11,101 bases of DNA from the IMG/VR virus record IMGVR_UViG_2663763286_000016, positions 1 to 11,101 of that record. One strand, given 5' to 3'. This document shows positions 5,987 to 11,101 of this stretch, piece by piece. Every line of letters starts with the position of its first letter. The first letter of the stretch is position 1. A model generated the notes under the pieces. It ran no database searches. It was given only the letters and a program-made list of their open reading frames with translations, and was not told the origin of the DNA. A program made the position numbers and the translations under genes. This DNA is from a virus (lineage: Duplodnaviria > Heunggongvirae > Uroviricota > Caudoviricetes).

Positions 5987-7018
5987 ATGTCTATTAATCC
6001 TAAACTTAAGCGTATCGCGCGACGCTATCCAGCGTTATTCCAATATGAGTCCCCCTATATGGCAAGAAAATTAATAATATTCGGCAACGGTCTCGGTATG
6101 GCTTTAGATCCTGCTCACTTCTCCTTAGACAGAGCGTTGGAAGAAATTTGGCATCGCCCCAATTTTTTAAAAGATATCCACAAGCAACTTATCGAGCGTT
6201 GTCTTCAGCGGCAAGGTCCACCAGAAGGAGAACATGAGTTGGATACCCTTCACCAGGCTGTCACATATTGTAAAGCTCTTGCTCAAATTGGAGAGGGGAA
6301 CGTGCATTGGCTTACTGACGATGGACTAAACTTCCCCAAAATTACCGCCACTTATATTCACAAAGTTGCAACCAGGTTGCATAATTACGATAAAGGTTTG
6401 CCACAAAGATTCGAAAATGCGCTTGTGGAGTTTGTAAAGAACACACACTCACATATCGCGACATTAAACTATGACAAATTATTATACAATTCATTCATAG
6501 ATAATGATATATTCAACGGGTATGATGGGGTTTTAGTTGATGGGATGCTAAGCCACGGATTTTCCTCTGCAGCGCTCGAACGGAAATACAATCGTAGGTT
6601 TGGTTATTATTTGCACTTGCATGGTTCACCACTATTTATTAATCAGCATGAAAATGTTTTAAAACTTTCACGCTCACAACTTACTCTTGACATAGATGAA
6701 CCTAGTGAGCATATAGTGTTAACTCATATAAAAAGAAAACCGTCAGTTATAGCAGCATCTAATGTTCTTTCTACGTACTGGGATTATTTGCAGTTTGCAT
6801 TATTTGAATCAGAAGAAATAATATTGTTTGGTTACTCTGGTCTCGATATTCACCTTAACCTGCTTATTCGACCTTACCTAACCTCTAAGCCTTTAAGAGT
6901 AATTGAGTGGAGCGGTGCTGGTGAACAAAACGCTCGTGAGATATATTGGAAAAACCAGTTGAGACGGGAAGTTACTGTAATTAGGTTGGATAACATCACT
7001 GATTTTATTGATTGGTAG
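5987..7018 (+). CDS. SIR2-like protein (SIR2_2 / defence-type sirtuin fold), 343 aa; candidate NAD-consuming defence effector
   Basis: Glycine-rich N-terminal motif LIIFGNGLGMAL, TLNYD motif (residues 159-163), HLHGS (210-214) and a C-terminal LFGYSGLD motif, matching the spacing and residues of SIR2_2-family domains as in ThsA/DSR proteins (from memory). The gene looks markedly AT-rich. Start uncertain: 5987 or the in-frame ATG at 6059. Confidence 0.65.
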   Translation: MSINPKLKRIARRYPALFQYESPYMARKLIIFGNGLGMALDPAHFSLDRALEEIWHRPNFLKDIHKQLIERCLQRQGPPEGEHELDTLHQAVTYCKALAQIGEGNVHWLTDDGLNFPKITATYIHKVATRLHNYDKGLPQRFENALVEFVKNTHSHIATLNYDKLLYNSFIDNDIFNGYDGVLVDGMLSHGFSSAALERKYNRRFGYYLHLHGSPLFINQHENVLKLSRSQLTLDIDEPSEHIVLTHIKRKPSVIAASNVLSTYWDYLQFALFESEEIILFGYSGLDIHLNLLIRPYLTSKPLRVIEWSGAGEQNAREIYWKNQLRREVTVIRLDNITDFIDW

Positions 7019-7088
7019 CGCAATGCGAAGTTAAAGAGGCAGCCTCATATTTATCAGAGCTGGTGTACGTCCAATACAGGAGGTTATC

Positions 7089-7178
7089 GTGCTGGTTCTC
7101 AAATGCGCGCTGGCTATTGCGGCTGTAGTGGCAATTTATTGTCTTGCTATTGTTCTTATGGATCGCCTTTCTGATTGA
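7089..7178 (+). CDS. Small hydrophobic peptide (29 aa, single predicted transmembrane helix)
   Basis: GTG at 7089 preceded by CAGGAGG with a 5-nt spacer. Hand translation VLVLKCALAIAAVVAIYCLAIVLMDRLSD, stop TGA at 7176-7178. Lies 70 bp downstream of the SIR2-like gene on the same strand. Not in the ORF track (too short). Confidence 0.45.
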   Translation: MLVLKCALAIAAVVAIYCLAIVLMDRLSD

Positions 7179-7279
7179 TTTTATATTGGCGAGGTGACGG
7201 GAGTTAAGTAGAATTGCTGCGGGTGCTTGAGGCTATCTGCCTCAGGCATGAACACCAAAAGGCAGATAGAGAAAAGCCC

Positions 7280-7342
7280 CAGTTAACATTACGCGTCCTG
7301 CAAGACGCTTAACATTAATCTGAGGCCATATCTATGCGACAC
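7280..7342 (-). ncRNA. Putative Sok-like antisense RNA (hypothetical; extent approximate)
   Basis: Candidate minus-strand promoter: TTGACC (plus 7376..7371), 16-bp spacer, GCTAAT (plus 7354..7349). This would start an antisense transcript covering the start of the short leader ORF, as in hok/sok loci. No clear terminator was identified. Confidence 0.2.
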
Positions 7343-7393
7343 ATAGAGATTAGCCTCTTACGGACCAAAAGGTCAAGGAGAAGCAGGCTATGA
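7334..7393 (+). CDS. Short leader ORF (19 aa) coupled to hok; mok-like by position
   Basis: ATG at 7334 sits inside a hairpin (TCTATG cgaca CATAGA). The TGA at 7391-7393 overlaps the hok ATG at 7390-7392. Confidence 0.3.
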   Translation: MRHIEISLLRTKRSRRSRL

Positions 7394-7545
7394 AGCAGCA
7401 AAAGGCGATGTTAATCGCCCTGATCGTCATCTGTTTAACCGTCATAGTGACGGCACTGGTAACGAGGAAAGACCTCTGCGAGGTACGAATCCGAACCGGC
7501 CAGACGGAGGTCGCTGTCTTCACAGCTTACGAACCTGAGGAGTAA
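7390..7545 (+). CDS. hokD: Hok/Gef-family type I toxin, 51 aa (matches HokD/RelF as remembered)
   Basis: Hand translation MKQQKAMLIALIVICLTVIVTALVTRKDLCEVRIRTGQTEVAVFTAYEPEE. AAGGAG 9 nt upstream. Upstream leader is rich in long-range complementary segments. Confidence 0.88.
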   Translation: MKQQKAMLIALIVICLTVIVTALVTRKDLCEVRIRTGQTEVAVFTAYEPEE

Positions 7546-7614
7546 GAGACCCGGCGGGGGAGTAATCTCCCGCCACCTCTGATGTGCCAGGCATCCTCAA
7601 CGCACCCGCACTTA

Positions 7615-7635
7615 ACCCGCTTCGGCGGGTTTTTG
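7615..7635 (+). terminator. Rho-independent terminator after hok
   Basis: CCCGC-TTCG-GCGGG hairpin followed by TTTTT. The identical 20-mer recurs at 9449. Confidence 0.7.
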
Positions 7636-7645
7636 CATTGTCTGG

Positions 7646-7674
7646 TTGACAAAAATAGAAAAATGCGAAAATAT
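7646..7674 (+). promoter_or_regulatory. Candidate promoter for the 216-aa / HTH-ImmA module
   Basis: Perfect -35 TTGACA at 7646-7651; the -10 is imperfect (AAATAT at 17 bp or TATGTG at 20 bp). Sits immediately after the first terminator copy. Confidence 0.35.
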
Positions 7675-7709
7675 GTGGTTTACGAATTCTAAAAAAAGCG
7701 AAACTTGAA

Positions 7710-8360
7710 ATGAATGAAAATCAGTTAGCTCCTTGTTGGGAATTTCAACCTTATCTTGCTGAAAACTATGTTCGCCACTTGTTGGCGGAGATCGCTAACG
7801 TACTTGAGCAGCTGTACTATCATAAGCACGCATTAGACAGCAACTGGTCTGAAGGTGTAAGGGCTTATGATTGGGTCAGAAATCATCTTATTCAAAATGA
7901 AGATGCAATTCCTGGCCTTGAGATGATTTCCAAGGGGTTGGACTATGTAGTTGCTTTAAATAAAGTTCCGCTACAATTTACCAAAGATTGCATTAATAAC
8001 CCCAAAAAGAAACATCGTCTGCGTCGAAATAAAGTAGAGTATGAGCAGCTCTCATTGTTTGGTGATGTTGAGGCTGAGCAAGATATTACATGGCGAGTCA
8101 TAGCTGAGCCTTTTTTATCCGAAGAGGGCGATGGTGAATTAGAGTCCACACTGCCTCGTTGGGAGGTAGCTCTTGTTGGATTTAATACTTATGGTGCTCA
8201 GATTAGTATAGTTTCTCATCAATCTACAGCATCGATGCCGCTTATGCCTCTTGATTATAACACACTCCCTGACGAAGCGGAGATTAATAAGGTGCCTCTT
8301 CGTCGGCGTACGAAGGATAAAGATTTGGATGTGAGCAGTGATGGAACATCAGGTGAATAA
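7710..8360 (+). CDS. Hypothetical protein, 216 aa, first gene of a two-gene module; contains a QLSLF pentapeptide
   Basis: ORF track 7710..8360. No family recognised. Residues 113-117 are QLSLF, flanked by a basic run (NPKKKHRLRRNK) and an acidic run. The 3' end overlaps the start of the next gene. Confidence 0.65.
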   Translation: MNENQLAPCWEFQPYLAENYVRHLLAEIANVLEQLYYHKHALDSNWSEGVRAYDWVRNHLIQNEDAIPGLEMISKGLDYVVALNKVPLQFTKDCINNPKKKHRLRRNKVEYEQLSLFGDVEAEQDITWRVIAEPFLSEEGDGELESTLPRWEVALVGFNTYGAQISIVSHQSTASMPLMPLDYNTLPDEAEINKVPLRRRTKDKDLDVSSDGTSGE

Positions 8361-9444
8361 CTTCACTGAGTATCGGGGTGATAAGCTCAAACTAGCGAGA
8401 ATGGCTGTTGGGCTTTCTTGTGAAGAGTTAGCCGAAAAAATTGGCAAGACAAAGCAATTCGTTAGCAAACTGGAGAAGGGGTGCAGGCCATCGGAGCAAT
8501 GTCTTGAGTTAATATCTTCAGCGCTTATGATTAAGTCCAGTTTTCTTTTTACTGAACGAAAATACGCTCTGGAAAGTGATGTCTGCCATTTTCGGAGTAA
8601 GAAGTCCAGGACTCAAACGCTGACTAATAGTGTATTGGCCAGGGCTGAGATTCTTAATATTATAATTTCTGCTGTTGAAGGTGAAATCGAATTTCCTGAC
8701 GTTAACATACCGGAGCACCCAGGGGCTGAATTACTTACTCCGAATGATATTGAGCGAGTGGCAGAAGATTGTCGCCGTGCCTGGAATTTAGGTCTTGGCC
8801 CTATATCATCAATGGTTAAATTGGCGGAGAGTTTAGGGGTAATCGTTGCGCATGTTACGGGAGTCGATGATCGTGTTGATGCTTTTACTGTTCACAATAA
8901 CAGGCCTGTTATCATCAGGAACAATGTTAAAAAAAGCATATGTAGATTTCGCTCTGATTTAGGTCATGAATTAGGGCATTTAGTAATGCATGAGGGCATA
9001 ACGACAGGTGATAAACTTACGGAATCACAAGCCGATCACTTTTCGAGCGCCTTATTAGTTCCCAGGTTATCTTTCATTAAAGAATTTCCACGAATACGAG
9101 GTAAGCAATTCGACTGGAATGCTCTGGTTGAATTTAAACTTAGATGGAAAATCAGCCTTAAAATGTGTATTTATCGAGCCAGCGCATTAGGCTTATTGAC
9201 CCAGGAACAGGCAAGAACTGGCTATATGCATCTTAATTCCAGAGGGTATACGAGAGTTGAACCTGGTGATGAACTTTTGCGCCCTGAAGAACCCGGCATG
9301 CTGGCCGAGGCGATTGAAATGCTGGATGATGCAACCTGGCTAAGAATTCTTATGAAAACTGGCTTGAGCCAAGATTTAATTCGTGAGTTGTTCTCCATCA
9401 ACAGACCTATTACAAATCCAAGAAATATTTTCCAGATTGTTTGA
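8341..9444 (+). CDS. Fusion of XRE-family HTH and ImmA/IrrE-type zinc metallopeptidase (COG2856-like), about 367 aa
   Basis: N-terminal HTH (LKLARMAVGLSCEELAEKIGKTKQFVSKLEKG) and an HEXXH motif (HELGH, residues 210-214, around nt 8965-8979). ATG at 8341; the track start at 8338 is GTG. Confidence 0.8.
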   Translation: MEHQVNNFTEYRGDKLKLARMAVGLSCEELAEKIGKTKQFVSKLEKGCRPSEQCLELISSALMIKSSFLFTERKYALESDVCHFRSKKSRTQTLTNSVLARAEILNIIISAVEGEIEFPDVNIPEHPGAELLTPNDIERVAEDCRRAWNLGLGPISSMVKLAESLGVIVAHVTGVDDRVDAFTVHNNRPVIIRNNVKKSICRFRSDLGHELGHLVMHEGITTGDKLTESQADHFSSALLVPRLSFIKEFPRIRGKQFDWNALVEFKLRWKISLKMCIYRASALGLLTQEQARTGYMHLNSRGYTRVEPGDELLRPEEPGMLAEAIEMLDDATWLRILMKTGLSQDLIRELFSINRPITNPRNIFQIV

Positions 9445-9448
9445 GTAT

Positions 9449-9475
9449 ACCCGCTTCGGCGGGTTTTTTGTTTTT
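9449..9475 (+). terminator. Rho-independent terminator after the HTH-ImmA gene
   Basis: The same CCCGC-TTCG-GCGGG hairpin, followed by TTTTTTGTTTTT. Starts 5 nt after the stop codon. Confidence 0.7.
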
Positions 9476-9488
9476 ATTTTCAACGTGT

Positions 9489-9518
9489 TTGAAGTTTTGG
9501 ACGGTGCCAGAATAGAAT
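9489..9518 (+). promoter_or_regulatory. Candidate promoter for the downstream genes
   Basis: TTGAAG at 9489-9494, 18-bp spacer, TAGAAT at 9513-9518. Confidence 0.3.
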
Positions 9519-9553
9519 CAAAAATACTTAAGTAGCGCGCAGGGAGAAGAGGG

Positions 9554-9862
9554 ATGGACCCCGAACAGGGGGAGTGCTATTTATCTGGAAGGATTCTGTT
9601 GATGAAAATCGAAGAATTACGTGAAATTTTTAGTGAAGATGGCCTCTATACTGTGCGCGTTGAGAATGGCGCTATTGTCAGCCACTGCCGTATTAAATGT
9701 TTACAGTCTCTACATAGGAAGAGTGGAGCTGCGTTAATTTACTTTGTGGATGGACTTGTGACGGATGGTTTTATTTTGCGTGAAAATGAATTTGTCACAT
9801 CATTGCAGTCTCTGAAAGAAGCTGGGCTTAAGGCTGGTTTTTCTGCTTTTGAAGATGAGTGA
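9554..9862 (+). CDS. Hypothetical protein (102 aa; 86 aa if started at 9602)
   Basis: ORF track 9554..9862. AGGGAG 7 nt upstream of 9554; alternative ATG at 9602 with GGAAGGA upstream. No family recognised. Confidence 0.5.
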   Translation: MDPEQGECYLSGRILLMKIEELREIFSEDGLYTVRVENGAIVSHCRIKCLQSLHRKSGAALIYFVDGLVTDGFILRENEFVTSLQSLKEAGLKAGFSAFEDE

Positions 9863-9928
9863 ATTCATCTACAATTCAGCGCAGGACTGAACCCCTGTTG
9901 AGTAACACTGTGCCACCGGAGAAAGCCG

Positions 9929-10207
9929 ATGGCGCAAAATTCCAGATCACACAATTCTGATAATTCAGCCGTCTTTGCCAGCAGGCACGGGCGGCGCTCT
10001 CACGCATTTAAATCTGATTGGTACCAGCATCCCCCATGCACTGAAGAACAGGCCGAATGGCTGATTCAGTGTTACCGCAGGCGCGGATACGAGGTTAAGA
10101 AAGCCCTCAGTCTCGATTATCGTCACTGGATAATCTCTGTCAGGCTTCCTTATTCCGAACGCCCACCGCGTCCGTCCCGCACATTCCAGCAACGCATCTG
10201 GAGGTAA
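9929..10207 (+). CDS. Hypothetical prophage protein, 92 aa (sits where rem lies in Qin-like prophages)
   Basis: ORF track 9929..10207. GGAG 7 nt upstream. Its stop lies 1 nt before the start of the next gene. Confidence 0.55.
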   Translation: MAQNSRSHNSDNSAVFASRHGRRSHAFKSDWYQHPPCTEEQAEWLIQCYRRRGYEVKKALSLDYRHWIISVRLPYSERPPRPSRTFQQRIWR

Positions 10208-10208
10208 C

Positions 10209-11101
10209 GTGCGGGTATTACTTCGACCGGTTCTGGTACCGGAACTCGGGCTGGTGGTCCTTAGGCCGGGCCGTGAATCCATGCAAGTATTTCATAACCC
10301 TCGAGTGCTGGTGGAGCCTGAACCGAAAAGCATGCGCGGTCTGCCGTCCGGAGTCGTCCCTGCCGTTCGCCAGCCGCTGGTGGAAGACAAAACATTGCTG
10401 CCGTTTTTCAGTAACGCACGGGTGATTCGTGCTGCTGGTGGTGCTGGTGCATTGTCTGACTGGCTGTTGCGCCATATTAAATCCTGCCAGTGGCCACACG
10501 GCGATTATCACCATAGTGAAACCGTCATTCACCGTTATGGTACCGGCGCAATGGTGTTGTGCTGGCACTGCGACAACCAGCTGCGTGACCAGACATCCGA
10601 ATCACTCGGGCAACTTGCTCATCAAAACCTGTCAGCATGGATGATTGACGTCATACGCCATGCAATGAATGGCACGCAGGAGCGGGAATTGTCGCTGGCT
10701 GAATTATCCTGGTGGGCGGTCTGCAATCAGGTGGCGGACGCGCTTCCGGAGGCAGTATTACGTCGTTCTCTGGGGTTACGTGCGGAAAAAATCCGCTCCT
10801 TGTACCGCGAAAGCGACATCGTACCGGGAGAGCAGACCGCCATCAGCATACTGAAACAGCGCACAAAAAATCTTGCGCCGCTGCCTCACACCCACCAGCA
10901 ACAGAACCCACCACAGGAAAAGACGGTGGTCAGCATTGCCGTTGATCCGGAGTCTCCGGAATCCTTCATGAAACGACCTAAACGTCGCCGCTGGGTAAAT
11001 GAGAAATACACACGCTGGGTAAAGACACAGCCGTGTGCGTGTTGTGGTAAGCCAGCGGACGATCCTCATCATCTGATTGGTCATGGTCAGGGTGGAATGG
11101 G
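10209..11101 (+). CDS. DUF968 / YdfU-like prophage protein, 5' portion; gene continues beyond the window end
   Basis: GTG at 10209 with GGAGG 4 nt upstream. Open frame to the window end, translated by hand with no stop (VRVLLRPVLVPELGLVV...CACCGKPADDPHHLIGHGQGGM). The Cys/His-rich C-terminal motif and overall sequence resemble YdfU-type proteins as remembered. Not in the track because it lacks a stop. Confidence 0.65.
   Translation, partial: MRVLLRPVLVPELGLVVLRPGRESMQVFHNPRVLVEPEPKSMRGLPSGVVPAVRQPLVEDKTLLPFFSNARVIRAAGGAGALSDWLLRHIKSCQWPHGDYHHSETVIHRYGTGAMVLCWHCDNQLRDQTSESLGQLAHQNLSAWMIDVIRHAMNGTQERELSLAELSWWAVCNQVADALPEAVLRRSLGLRAEKIRSLYRESDIVPGEQTAISILKQRTKNLAPLPHTHQQQNPPQEKTVVSIAVDPESPESFMKRPKRRRWVNEKYTRWVKTQPCACCGKPADDPHHLIGHGQGGM

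Noticed and set aside
7943-8718. Minus-strand ORFs 7943..8149 and 8518..8718
   Set aside because: Antisense to the 216-aa and HTH-ImmA genes, with low-complexity composition.
9965-11084. Minus-strand ORFs 9965..10282, 10218..10568 and 10776..11084, and plus-strand ORFs 10429..10644, 10669..10854 and 10712..10945
   Set aside because: All lie within the long plus-strand frame starting at 10209 (DUF968-like) or the 92-aa gene, in other frames or antisense. Their Arg/Gly/Thr-rich products are typical of shadow ORFs in GC-rich coding DNA.
1-11101. Integrase, attachment site or tRNA integration target
   Set aside because: Looked for tyrosine or serine recombinase-sized ORFs and tRNA-like ends. 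None are present in this window, so the prophage boundaries lie outside it.

Overview
This window reads as an internal segment of a lambdoid prophage of an enterobacterial host, with an organisation like the E. coli Qin/Rac elements (identification from memory of protein families, no search run). Left to right: a leftward early operon (N-terminal part of a gene running off the window start, two small translationally coupled ORFs, a Rha-family regulator); about 640 bp of GC-rich non-coding, hairpin-rich DNA with a leftward intrinsic terminator; two small leftward genes driven by a pL-like promoter; a short XRE-HTH repressor with no S24 peptidase domain, flanked on both sides by copies of a TTAG-N6-CTAA palindrome; rightward Cro/YdaS-like and YdaT/cII-like genes; a lambda-O-like replication initiator with about five in-gene iterons; then an AT-rich, moron-rich region. 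That region carries a SIR2-like (SIR2_2-type) protein, a 29-aa hydrophobic peptide, a Hok-family type I toxin (essentially HokD) with a structured leader and short upstream ORF, and a self-contained two-gene module (216-aa unknown protein plus HTH-ImmA/IrrE metallopeptidase fusion) bracketed by two identical terminator hairpins. The window ends with two small hypothetical genes and a 3'-truncated DUF968/YdfU-like gene. The best candidates for undescribed biology are the terminator-bracketed 216-aa/HTH-ImmA module (the 216-aa protein contains a perfect QLSLF beta-clamp-binding-type pentapeptide) and the SIR2-like gene with its adjacent peptide, which sits where Qin carries relBE. No tRNA, rRNA, CRISPR array, integrase or att site was found. 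All calls rest on manual translation and motif recognition; no database search or folding was possible.
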